A stretch of 64,000 nt of DNA from Vitrella brassicaformis CCMP3155 (lineage: Eukaryota; Protista; Chromerida): assembly GCA_001179505.1 (NCBI GenBank), contig CDMY01000562.1:186001-250000 (forward strand), in the 5' to 3' direction. Made by a program: the position numbers and the translations under genes. Under the pieces are notes generated by a model. It was not told the origin of the DNA, made no database searches, and saw nothing but the letters and a program-made list of their open reading frames with translations. How positions within the stretch are numbered: the stretch's first letter is position 1; every line of letters starts with the position of its first letter. This document shows positions 21,586 to 33,974 of the stretch, one piece after another.

Positions 21586-22782
21586 ATGTTTTGAGAGGCC
21601 ATTCATTCGCTGGTCGGTTGGGTGCTGACTGCATTGCATGTGTGGGATGCCGGCCGGCCGTCATGGCCGCCGCGCGCTTTTTGCCCTCTTTTTGTGCATA
21701 TATGCCTACGTATGTGAATACTGCGTACACCGGCATACATACAAATGAATTCACACATGCGTGACGCTCGGCCGTCGAGCGTGCCTGATACCATGCACAT
21801 CCCTTTTTGTATGTGCGTGCCGTTTTGTCGGTGCACCGCCACCGCCTTCCTTCGTTCGTTGGTTCAAGCTGCTGCGGCCCCCGTGCAGTCAGTCGTGAGG
21901 CCACGCAGTAAATGGACTGACGAATGAATGAACGGGTCATGTCTGGCTGCATGTCATGTACGCCTGTTGATCGCCTGGGATGGATGTGTCGGTTTTGCAT
22001 GGCCTGTTGATCGCCTGGGATGGATGTGTCGGTTTTGCTGCTTGGATTGATGGCTGGTCTTTTGTAAGTCAGTCAGTGAGTCAGGCAGCGCCGCTGTCTG
22101 TCTGTCTGTCTGTCTGTTGACGCCGTGAGTGGGGAGGTTGACGGTGGTCTATCTGCACGTGTTCGTGTCGTGTGTGTGCATCACGTACGTCGACATACAT
22201 ACATACGGACATCCATGTTTTTCCTTTTTCGTTCGTGGGCTTTTTGCGGAGAGACCGCCGCCCGCACATGGGGATGGCCCGACACATGCGGCGTGTTGGC
22301 TGGCCCACAGAGATAATTGGGATGGGTCGACCTAGGCGGTATATATGTCGATGTGCTGGGTGCCATCGGCCGATCTTTTTCACGCGTGCCATTACATCTT
22401 TAGTGCAGTCATTGATTGGGAGAGGGCTTTTTCAGCCGCTTGGTAGATCGAGAAGCTGCGCACCAAGGCTCCGTGGGCAGACAAGTCGTATAGCCAGGTG
22501 ATGGGGTCGTTTCGTGCTCGTCTGTCTGTCTGTCTGTTGCGTTGGCGCGTAGTGCGAGTGCGTGTGTGCGTGGTGGGCGGCGCCGCTGGAAGATACATAC
22601 GCCAGCCGGGCGCTGAAGATGGTGCTGGCTGGCATGTTTGTCGCATGATTGAGGTTGGTCGAGTCGATTGACGCACTTCATTTCATGAGACACCGACAGG
22701 CTTTGCCTGCCGTTGCGCATGGGAGAGGTGTTGGCTGTCTGTGCCCGAAAGGCTTCTGTGGAAGCCCAATGGGGATGGCATA
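21586..22782 (-). repeat. Repeat B, inverted copy: right arm
   Basis: Reverse complement of 14865-16017. Its outer end (aatggggatggcata, 22768-22782) matches the start of B1 at 13696. Confidence 0.95.
21962..22038 (+). repeat. 37-bp tandem duplication (40-bp period) present only in the right arm
   Basis: gcctgttgatcgcctgggatggatgtgtcggttttgc occurs twice. The left arm has one copy, at about 15597-15633 in reverse complement. Confidence 0.95.
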
Positions 22783-22967
22783 TGTGGGGGGGCGAGGGAG
22801 TGGGTGAGGTGACTGATTGCCCTGCCGTGTGCAGAGCTGCTAATGGTGAAACCAAAACTGTATGAATGATGTCTGTGTGTGTGTCTGTGTGTGTGTGTGT
22901 GTGTGTGAATTGTGTCTGCACGACAGAGAGAATGACCTACAGATGGATGCTCAATCACATGTGGATG
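22783..22967 (+). repeat. Direct repeat unit A, right copy, abutting the inverted arm
   Basis: Same-orientation match to 13355-13601, beginning at the base immediately after the B arm ends. Confidence 0.9.
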
Positions 22968-23943
22968 GAGCTCGATCGGTATGCTGCGTTGGTTTCAAGT
23001 TTCTGAAAGAGCATTTAGTGGCACGTCAAACACACACACACACACACGGGGGGAGACACACACGCCCGTATGTAAGTCAGTCAGTAGTAGCACGTCGAGT
23101 CAGTCAGTCGTCACAAAGAGGAGGAGGTGGAGGAAGGAGGAGGAAGGACATCGATCCATCCATCCATCTGTCCACCCACCAGTCGTCAGCCTAAGGCACA
23201 CGCACATCCATTCATTCACGAAACACAGTGAGAGTGAGTGAGTGGATGCAGCCCCCCCGTCTCTCTCCCTCTCTCTGGGCCTTTAACACCCACACCACAC
23301 CACACCAAGCCACAACACATCTCAGTCAGTCAGTCATCAGAGTCAAGAGCGTCCATCTGCCTGTGTGACGCCCTTCGCTCACCCCACCCACCCATCCACC
23401 CACAACAACTTAGACCGTCAACGGAGGGCGGGGGGAGGGAGGGAGGGAGGGAGGGAGGAATGACAAATGGCGTGTGCAGCAGGGCAAGGAGAGAGAGAAG
23501 CCAAGGAAAGAAGAATGTGGCGGCTAGGTGGTGTGGGTGTGGGGGTGTGGGCACTTGCTCTACCTAGCACCATCAAAAGCTGGATTGGATGGATGGAGGG
23601 ATGGATATGGATCCACCCATTCACCATCTATCTCAAGACGGACGGACGGAAAAAGACGACAGCTGGATGAGCCGCCCAGCCGCCCGCCGGCCGGCGGCCG
23701 TGCTGCAACAGAGGAAGGTGGTCATTCGCTCCTTCGCTCACTCACTCACTGCGATCGATCAATGCACTTGCAGAGAGAGAGGAAGGACCCACACAGCTGG
23801 TGACAGAGAGCGGGGGCGGGGTGGTTAAAAAAGCAATAATCAGAAAAGGCCTCAATCCACTGTGCTGTGGGAGGGCGGGGAGAGCAAAGCACACGTGTGT
23901 GTGCGCGCGTGTGCGTGTGTGGGTGTGTGGGTGGGTGAGGGGG

Positions 23944-24243
23944 NNNNNNNNNNNNNNNNNNNNNNNNNNNNNNNNNNNNNNNNNNNNNNNNNNNNNNNNN
24001 NNNNNNNNNNNNNNNNNNNNNNNNNNNNNNNNNNNNNNNNNNNNNNNNNNNNNNNNNNNNNNNNNNNNNNNNNNNNNNNNNNNNNNNNNNNNNNNNNNNN
24101 NNNNNNNNNNNNNNNNNNNNNNNNNNNNNNNNNNNNNNNNNNNNNNNNNNNNNNNNNNNNNNNNNNNNNNNNNNNNNNNNNNNNNNNNNNNNNNNNNNNN
24201 NNNNNNNNNNNNNNNNNNNNNNNNNNNNNNNNNNNNNNNNNNN
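23944..24243. other. Assembly gap (300 N)
   Basis: Run of N following a G-rich tract. Confidence 1.
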
Positions 24244-24453
24244 AGTTAGTTACCACTCTACATACAAACAACACAACACGGGAGCATCCATCCGTCCATC
24301 CATCCAGCCGTATTGGCACGTACGTAAGAGAGAGAGAGAATATAGAGAGAGGATATGGTACACACACACACATACGCAAGCCATCCAGAGCCACACACAT
24401 CTCACTCTCACACAAGACCATCATCCAGACAGACGGACAGCCCGAGAGTGCGA

Positions 24454-24489
<36 letters not shown>

Positions 24490-26323
24490 CGGAGAGTGCG
24501 GTGGACCCCATCTGCCTTTATTGTGTGTTCCTGTCTGCCTGCCTGCCTGCCTGCCGGTCACACGGGTCAGTGGTGTGTGTTGTGCTGTGATAGTTTGCCC
24601 CGGTAGGCAGAACATAATCGGAGCGGGCGAGGTTAAGGCTCAAGAGTTGAGTCGAGAAGGAAGTCAGTGAGGTGGTGAGGTGAGCTGAGCTGAGGGGGGA
24701 GATCCGCGCCACCCCCCACACTGCACCCTGCAGGCACCCATACCCCGATGGCGAGTCACACACACACACATACACACATACACACATATATACGCACAGA
24801 GAGAGAGAGGGAGAGAGAGAGATCCATCCACTCATTCATTCATTCATCCAACGGTCATCAAACAGTCGATATGGTCGAAATGAGGAGACAGACGAGAAAA
24901 TCCACAGCCAGGAGCCAGCAGCCAGAGTAGAATGAGCAGATGAATGTGGATAAGAACGAGACGAGAAGGCCAGAAGACCACACCCAGCGCCCGTCCCCCC
25001 CCCTCCTCCCTGACTCCCTCCCTCGCAGCAGCACACTTGCACTCCGACTCACTCAGTCACACAGAGCGTCACAAATGGTTGGTATTGGGTGGGTGCATTC
25101 ATTGTGAATGAATGCACTCGGCTGTTTGTTTTGTTTGCGTGTCGCCCCCTCCGTCCGTCTGTCTGTCTGGCTGGTGTCTTGCGCGCCTGTGTGTGGTGTG
25201 GTGTGCAGACTGACATCGAGAGGCAGGGTGAGCATATCGTGTGTGGGGCAAGCCAAGAGAGAGAGAGAGACAGAGCGAGAGAGACAGACAGAAAATGTAT
25301 GTGTGTGTATGTGTGCAGTGATTGATAGGCGGCGTGTGCAGACAGGCGAAGAGCTCCCATCCATCCATCCATCCACCCGCGGCCCAGCTTCCAAAAAGAC
25401 AGTCAGCAACCGAGCGAGAGCCACCCAGCCATTCGTCCGTTCCTTCAGCCATTCACTTAAGCAGTCACTTAACTTACTTCCGCAAACTCCCACACACACG
25501 CACACAGCCGTGAACATCACTGCGGCCAGCCAGCCAGCCATCCCTCACAGTCCCTCTCTCTCTCCCTCTCAGCCAGAGGGGGAGTGAGTATGTTCGTTCC
25601 TCCAGATCATTCCATTCGGCCATCCGTCCGAAAAGGGCGTGAGCAGTGTGTGTGAGCGTGGACGGAAGCAGAGAGAGGGAGAGGCACACAGAGAGAGAGG
25701 GGGAGAAAGAGGCGCAGCGCAAGCCAGTCTAGCATCATCCATCCATCGTGACATCACACATCACACACACACATTCACTCACGTCCACACAGACACAGAC
25801 ACAGACACAGCCACACGCACAATACAGAAGAGAGTGAGTGACTGAGTGAGTGAGTGAGTCAGTAAGGCCTGTCTGACAGAGGGGGTGGGCAAGGTGGTCC
25901 TGGTTTGGTTTGGTTGGTTGGTGGGCATGCATACAGACTGATATGGGATATGGTACAGGTGACGTGACAAGCCAGAATCGGCCGGCCAGCCGACCTGACC
26001 TTTGCAGGCGAGAGGGTGAAAGAGTGAGAGAGTGAGAAGGAGAGGAAGGAGGGGAGGGAGACGAATCCATTCATCCATGCCATGCAGCCACTCACTTGCC
26101 GTGCATTGCATTACCCCGCCAGCCAGACCCCGCCAGACCCCGCCAGCCCGCCCCGCCCGCCTACCCCGTACACAACCAGACAGACAGGACAAACAGTCGC
26201 TCACACACGCACCCTCACTCACACACACATCAGTGTGCCACATAAGTACCCCGTAAGTACCCCGTCAATCAGTGAGTGAGTGAGCCAGTACATCCATCCA
26301 TCCATCCACCATCGACAGACAGA

Positions 26324-29166
26324 TCACTTCTGGGCCTGTGCGGCCGCCCCGAGCCCGAAGGGCAGCCCGTCGGCAGCCGAAGGCCCGTCCATCCCCCCCT
26401 TACCCCCAACAGCAGCGGCAGCCGCACCCGCCGCGCCCATTGCGAGTCCGACGGCGGCCACAGGCCCCCCATACGCACCGTTGAGGTGGTGGGAGTGGGA
26501 GTGGGAGTGGGTGTGGTGCTGGTGCTGGTGTAGGGGGTTGGGCCCGTGGTGGTGGCCGCCGTGGCCCATGGCCGGGCCGTTGGCCGCAGCAGCTGCTGCA
26601 TACACACCTAGGTTGGCACCGTAGATACTCGCCTGCAGATCACATCGAGACAGGAAATAGAGAGAGAGAATGCAATGCGTCCACACAATGATATGGTTCC
26701 GTGCGTGTGGCCGTGTCTGAGCGACCTGGTCGGGTGACGGCGATCTCTGCGGTTGTCTGTGGATGTGGTGCTGGTCAAACTGCCCGTGGCCGCCCCCGCC
26801 GCCAGCATGCGGCAGGTGGTGACCCCCGTGCTGCGATGAGCCGCCGGGATGGTGTGGCACCCCCAAACCCACCCCCACGCCCCCCACTGCAGCCATGTGC
26901 TGGTGCTGGTGGTGTCCCCCATGGCCATGTGCACCCACACCCACACCAACCCCCACACCCACCCCCGGATGATGAAACGCACCCCCTCCAGTCAGGCCGT
27001 GGTGTGGCCCGTTGGGCTGCGGCGACCCAGGTGGGTGGCCGGCGTGGCCCGGACCCAGCCCTTCCGGCGGACCCGGCGACCCACCAGCAGCGGCAGTGCT
27101 GTAGCCGTTGACCTGGCCTGGTGTGGCACTCGTGGCGCCCCCCGTGGCCTGGTCGTCAGCCGTCACGCCCACGGCGCCCTCCTGGTTGTGGTGCTGGTGC
27201 TGGTGGGGGTGGTGTGTGTGGCCGTGGTGGGTGTGGGCAGTGGCCCCCGAGCTGCCGTTTGTGCCGACGTTGGAGAGGGACTCGTTGAGGCTCCGAAGGT
27301 GCTGGTGCTGGGGGTTCTGCACCTGGGGAGTGAAGGTCAGCTGGTTGCTGCTCGGCGGGTTGCTCCCCGGCTGACCTCCGGGGACAAAGCCCCCCGGAGG
27401 CTGCCCCGAGGCACCCGGCCCGGCCTGTGCGCCACCCACCCCTCCTGCGACACCGCCAGGGTTACTGGCTCCCGCCCCCGCCGCCCCCGCCGCCCCGGCA
27501 GGCTGTGCGCCCGTTGTGGCCTGGATGAGTCCCGCGCCGAGTCCATAGATGATGCCGCTGTATTTGGAGTCGTCTATCTGATTCTCGAAGTAGGTGGCCA
27601 TGAGCTTGAAAAACGTGTGGCATGTCACCAGACTGTCCGACCCGGCCTGGTGCTGCGGACCCACACGCCGAACCTGCAACCATCGCATCAGTCACATCAA
27701 GCACACCAGACAAAGGAGGAAATGGGAGATGGTCTGGGCAGCTGGCTCTCCCGCCCCCCCTCTCTCTGTCTCTCCCTCTGTGTGTGTGTGAGAGAGAGCG
27801 TACGTCGAGGTGCTCTGCGATTTTCTGTAGGGACGATCCCGAGTTGAGGCGGATGTTCTCGGCGGAGCGGAGGAGGAATTTGATGTCGTAGAGGGAGGGG
27901 AAGTAGTCGTGCAGGAGGTCAAAAAATTCGGTCTCGGAGTTGGGCAGCTCCTGGCAGGTGAGCAGCTTGAGGAGGTAGCCGAAGTCGTAGGAGCCGTGGA
28001 AGGAGATCCACTTGACGTCCTCGTTCATGACGAGGCCGGACGTCATGATGAGCTCGCCGAAGTCCTCGACCTCGATGCCCTTCTCCTGGTGCTTCTCGAA
28101 GTTGATGCCGCTCATCTTGAGGAACTCGATGCTGTCGTGGGCGTACATGTCCTTCCTGCAGATAGATAATAATAAGCAGACACAGACAGACAGACACACA
28201 GACAGACATCATCATATTCATTCGCCACACACAGAGATGCGGACACAAGAGAGAGAGTGTGTGTGTGTGTGTCTGTCTGCTCACTGCAGGTCGAATTTGA
28301 AGTTGAATTGCCATGTGGCAGTGCCGGGTGGTAGGTTGCCGTGCGAGTCGGCGAAGGTGATGCCCAGCTGTATGACCTTCAGGAGGTCCACGTTGCCCTT
28401 GACCGTCTGGTAGTTGTACTCCTGCAGGTGGGACGGACCCACGGACGTCGGACGCACCACGATGCCCGGGAACTCGGTGTCCTGATATATCGACCATTTC
28501 AGCCATATATCGTCACACACACACACACAGAAAGAGAGAGGTGTGTTGTCAATCCAATCAGCCAGTGGCGGGGCGACTGTGTGGGTGAATGTTTATGTGT
28601 TGTGTGTCTGTCTGGCATAATGGACACTACGAGCCTCCCTCCCTCGTCGAGTGAGTCCATTATGCCTAGGCCTGCCCCTCGAGAGCGCTCTCTCTTCCTC
28701 TCTCTCTTAATCAGCACACGAGCGAGCGACCGGCTGCCTGCCTGCCTGCCTGCCATCCCTGGCTGTCAAATCAATCACTGCCTGTCTGTCTGTCTGTCCG
28801 TCAGTGCCTGTCACTCACCATGGCGATATATTTGTAGTTCTCCACGACGTGCTGTATCTCCCTGAAGACGTGCTCTGCACACCATAAGCGCACACACACA
28901 GACACAAGAGAGAACAGCAGTGACAACAATCAGTAAGTAGCAAGCACCGATAGCTATCTTATCCCACACACCCCAGAAGTGCCTGTTGTGCCCCTGTGTC
29001 TCGTCTGTGGGTCCCTGTGTGTGTCGTCTGTCCCCCCAGTGTGTGGTGTGCTGTGTGTGGCCGGCGACTGACCGAGATTGTCCGCCCAGACCTCACAAAT
29101 GGGGTAGTGCGTGGAATCGGAGTCATGGGGAGAGAGGGTGAAGGCCGAGGCCCTCAGACCATTCAT
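26324..29166 (-). CDS. CAF1: CCR4-NOT deadenylase CAF1/POP2 (CNOT7/8 family, DEDD) with long low-complexity C-terminal tail
   Basis: Spliced: [106 protein letters not shown]. Confidence 0.96.
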
Positions 29167-29588
29167 ACGGGCGGGCTGCGCCAGTATGGCGACGCTATCG
29201 ACGACGAGTCCCTCCTGCATCGAGATAATCTCCTGCTCATCTCGACACACTAGCAAGCTGGACCGCACACGACCTCACGCAAACAAACAGCAGGACGCCC
29301 GCTTCATACTCACTCAGCGAACAAAGCGCACGACAAGCAGCTCGCAAAATAGCTCGCATCCCCCAGGGAGGCGAAGAGCAGACAGAAAGAGGGAGAGGCA
29401 AATCCGGAGGCAAGAGAAGCAATCCCACAAGCACGCCACTCATTCCCGAATGCATTCTGACATGCATGCTTCGCTTCCTGTTTGCTCTGTGCTGCTCAGG
29501 TCATATATTGTGCCCCTGACTGTCCTTAGCCCCCGGCTCACCCTTGCGCACGGCACGGCACGGCAGGGCACGTCTGTGCAGCAGAACA

Positions 29589-31538
29589 ATGCCCACCGGC
29601 CTGACACCGGTGTTCGCCGAGACCGACACTCGGCTCTCGCTGACCTTCGACATCATCGGCGCGAAGCCCTCGTCGGTCGACGTCTTGCTATCGCGGTGCT
29701 ACATCAAGGTCAACAGCCCGCCCCGCCTCTTCGAGGCCGACCTGCCGGCCAACATCGACCCAGACGACCCACAAACCCTCGTGCGCATCGGCAACGGCAA
29801 GGTCCACCTGTCGCTCGTCAAGGCCCCTGACTCGCGACACACATGGGGCGGCATCCGACTGCCGTTGGGAGGGTGGGGCAGTACAGGTCGCGATGAGGTC
29901 ATGGCGCGGCGGGCGGCGTCGATTGCGGAGAGGGAGAGGTCGTTGGCTGAGCGGATGGAGAGGAGGGCAGGGGCGCGGGTGGCTCATGAGAGGGCAGCGC
30001 AGAACGAGCAGTGGCGCCTGGACAGGGAGACCAGGGAATGGATGGACAAGACAAAAGACGCCGAGAAGGCACACGCTGTCGATAGGATATTCGGCGCAAC
30101 ACTGCGGGAGAATGGTACGTAGACCTACAGCAAGGAGGGAGGGGAGAGCGGGCGGGAAGGAACTGAGTGTCTGTTGTCACGATTTCTCGCCTGTGACATT
30201 GTGTGCGGGCGGGTGCAGGCCCTTCTAGAGGCACGCCAGCATTGGAGGAAGTGGCCGACGGGTCAGCCGAGCGGCCACCGGCTGACCAGAAGCAGCAGAA
30301 TGGAAACCATGATTCTCGCGCCGATGCTGAGTCTGAGTTTGAGGTTGAGGTTGCCCCCGAGCTGCCGTCAGTCGTCGAGGCCCCGGATGACAGCATTTTT
30401 GACGACGATGACCTTCCCCCGCCGCTTGAAGACATCCACGCCCCCATCCCACCACCATCATCTCACCATGACCGCCACCCCAACAACTGCACCAGCAGCA
30501 GGTGCCAAATTGTCGATGTGACAGATCAAGAATGCGAGGCGGACAGTGAAGAGGGTGTGGCCAGGGAGGCCAAGGAGGGCAAGGCCGCCCCGCGGGCAGG
30601 CGGCAGCGTCAAGCTATCGTTCAGCGCTCGGGCGCACCCAAATCTGCCGGCCCGCGAGAGCCACCCGCCGCCCCTGCCCAAGCAGCAGGTCAAGCAGCAG
30701 CACGGTGCTGGTGGTGCCATGGGGGAGAGGGGCGTCCATGAAGATGAGAGCAGCCCCATGTTCCTCAAGGAGAAGGGGGATGGCTTCCTGCGGGCGGAGG
30801 ACTTCCAGTCGGCGGTCAACGCATACACGGAGGCCCTCAAGATCGCCAGCAATGCGGCGTACGGAGGGGAAGGGCGGGGGGTATCCTCCTCTGCTGTGTA
30901 TCTTTGGTGTGTGCGTGTTGCCGTTCTTGTATGCCTTCGTGCAGGTGTTTTGCGAATCGGTCGCTATGCCATCTCTACCTGGGCAATCTGCAGCAGGTCG
31001 GTCAGTCAGTTTGTCGGTCGGTCGCGTCGCAAGATGACCACTGTGTGGCTGCCTGCCCATGTGGCCGTGTGGCCGTGTGCAGTGTTTGGATGACGCCAGG
31101 TTTGCCATCTCGGTGATTGATCTGGCCAGCAGAGCACCTGAGGGACACCCACCACCCATACCGCGACCACAGGTATTGCGGTCGAGAAAGGACCGACCCT
31201 ATGGGCTCTATTATCTACTCTCTCTACTAGTGTGGCTGCTCTGCCGTCAGGACGCCGTGCTGCGTGCTCGGATGCACCTGCGCGTGGCCACTGTGTTCCT
31301 CTGGATAGGCGAGTTCCGAAAGTATGCACCACATGCATGAGGGGTGTTGGTTGTCTGGTCTGTGTTGCCTTGTGCTGGTTGCCGCAATAAATCACGTTTG
31401 CCTGTGTGTGTGAGTCTGTGCAGGTGTCTGGAGCAGTATGACGCGGCCCTGTGTGTGGAGAGGGGCCTCACCAAGGACCATTACCAGATGATAGAGGAAG
31501 ACCGCAACACCATCGAAAGGTACGTCAGAATACACACA

Positions 31539-31574
<36 letters not shown>

Positions 31575-33211
31575 CAACCCGGTTGGCAAGTGACAGCCTT
31601 CTGTTTCTTGATCAGGTCGCTGAAAGCGCTGCCCTTCAAGGCCGCGGCTGACTCGGCGCTTCGTCAGAGCACCTCCTCCTCCTCCACTTCTGCCCATGCA
31701 CTGGCGCGTCGGAGTGTGGATCTCTACGGCGAGGCCCTGGGGCACGTCCAAGGCCACCCCGTCATCCTCTCCAACCGGTGCCAGGCGCACATGCAGATGG
31801 GCGACACTGACCAGGGCCTCGCAGGTGGCTGAGTGAGTGAGCGAGTGCGTCACCCATCATTCCATCCATCCATCCGTCCATCCATCCATCCATTTGTCTG
31901 TCCATCAGATGGCGAGAATGCGCTGCACACACTCGAGAAGTGGCCCCTGCCCACCACACACCACCCCCAGCGGCACCCATCCCCTCAGTGCACAACATCG
32001 GCGGGTGACGAGCCTCTTCCCGAGGCGCTGGATGGTGGTTTAGAAGCATGCAGCCCGTCAGGCCCGGTCATTGGGAGGGGAGGGGGAGAGGTGTGTGGGT
32101 GTCGGCTGGTGTCGGGCCATGTGGTGGAGAGGGCCCGGCGCCGCGTCATGACCAAGCTGCACATGCGTCTGGCCACCATCCTGGAGCAGACGGGACGCAT
32201 CGACAAAGCCATACACCACTGCAAAGTCAGTGAGAGAGGAGAGGACAGGGAGGGAGGGAGGGAGGGAGGGATAGAGGGAGGGAGTGCATGTGGTGCGTGT
32301 GATGTTTCTGCAGGCTTGTCTACAGCTGGATCGCACCCATGCTGCCGCCCTAGAAGCTCTGTGCCGCCTCTCGCCCGATGACGAGGCCGCACGGCTCCCA
32401 CCACCCCCTCTCCCGCCCAACACGCACCACGACGACAGCCGTCCACACGACACCACCCAGCCATCGCCAGACAGCCACCATGACGAACAAGCCGACGAGG
32501 CAGCAGAGAGAGAGGAGGGCGAGCAGTCGGTGGCCGCGCAGGTGGCCAGTCTGGTCAGCACGGGCCGCTCGATGCTGCAAAAGGACTCGCCCGACTATGC
32601 GGTTGCTCTGGAGGTGCTGCAGCATGCCGTCAACGTGGCCAGGAGGGGACGGCCGGGAGCGGGGGGCGAGTGGTCCCATGAGATGGTGGCGGTCAAGTAC
32701 CAGGAGGCGCTGGCCCTGGTTAATGCGGCACTCTGCTGCCAGAAGATGGACCAGCATGAGAAGGTCATCGCGCACACGGACGTGGTGGGCATACAGGCAG
32801 GGCAGGCGGCTCAGAGAGCCTAGAGCCTAGAGACGAGATATGATATATGGGAGATATATGCCTTGCAATGCATGCATTCATTGCAGGGCCTGGAGTTGCT
32901 GAGTGATCTGCAGGCCAGTCTGGCCGTGGACAGAGAGGCCTTCATGGATGCGGTGGGGGGCGACGTCACCCAGGGCAAGCTGCAGCAGATGGAGGCCGCA
33001 TGCAGAATGAGAAGGTGACAACACACACACTCACACACACACACTCACACTCACACATATGCCCGTCTGCATGTGTCGATGTCCCTCTGTGTGTGTGTCT
33101 GTGGATGTGTGTGGTGTGTGCAGGGTGGCGTGTTTGAAGGCGATGGGTCGTGTGGATGAGGCAGAGGCGGAGAAGCAGCGGATCCGCCCACCGCAGCCCA
33201 AAAACCAGTGA
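29589..33211 (+). CDS. DNAAF4: Dynein axonemal assembly factor 4 (DYX1C1-like): CS/p23 domain, coiled coil, TPRs
   Basis: N-terminal YIKVNSPPRLFEADL..IDPD..IGNGKVHLSLVK and TPR FLKEKGDGFL..FQSAVNAYTEAL..ACFANRSLCHL match the DYX1C1 layout. More TPR-like helices follow. Confidence 0.85.
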
Positions 33212-33974
33212 GTGACCCGAAGAGAGGAGTCTGTATGTGTCCTCCTGGGGTGATGGACAACGAACAGGGTGGGGTACGGTGCATGCCTCTCGTCAGACAA
33301 CTCAACGTATAATGTGATCTCTTGACCACACATTGTTAACATTCAGTTGCACTCATTGCAATGGCCATGCACTCCCTCTCCCACAGACAGTCAGTCGTAT
33401 AGGACCACACACACACACCATCAATCAGCATACGTATGTACGGATCTGTATACACGGGTGTGCACACATGCATTATATAGAGATCTGCCGTCACGGTGCT
33501 GCGGGCGGTGTGTGGGGTGTGTGTGTGTATCATCACTGAGTTGGCGGTCTTTTTGTGTAGGTAGGTGTACGCAACTAGGGAGAGAGAGAGGGCGGGCGGG
33601 CGGGCGGGCGGGCGGGCAGCACAGAGAGAAGGCAAGTCATACGACCAACAGAAAGACAGACAGACAGTGGAGAGCTACCGTGGTGAGAAGAGCGTGTGTG
33701 TGGTGTACCAGCCATACCAGCCAGCCAGCCACACTCTTCCCCCCGTCTCGCTTCTGTCTGCTCTGCCTGCCCCTGCGCCGCCTTAGAAAACACACAGACC
33801 CCTCTTCTCACAACACCCACGTACACGCACAAACACACGTGTACATTCACCCATGTATCACCGCTGCCCCTTTCTATCTATCCGTCTACCTGCCTCTCTG
33901 TCTGTCTGTCTGTCTGTCTGTCTGTCCCCCCCCGGTGGATGGGCCGGGCGGGTGGTCTGAAGTTAGTGTGTGCT

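Noticed and set aside
21962-22038. CRISPR-like repeat
   Set aside because: Only two copies separated by 3 bp with no spacers; it is a simple tandem duplication in a eukaryotic context.
23000-26260. Many 60-220-aa ORFs in the long intergenic region
   Set aside because: They are translations of (CA)n, (GA)n, (GGAT)n and (CTGT)n repeats or of N gaps, with no coherent exon chain or domain. An untranslated or lncRNA role cannot be excluded.
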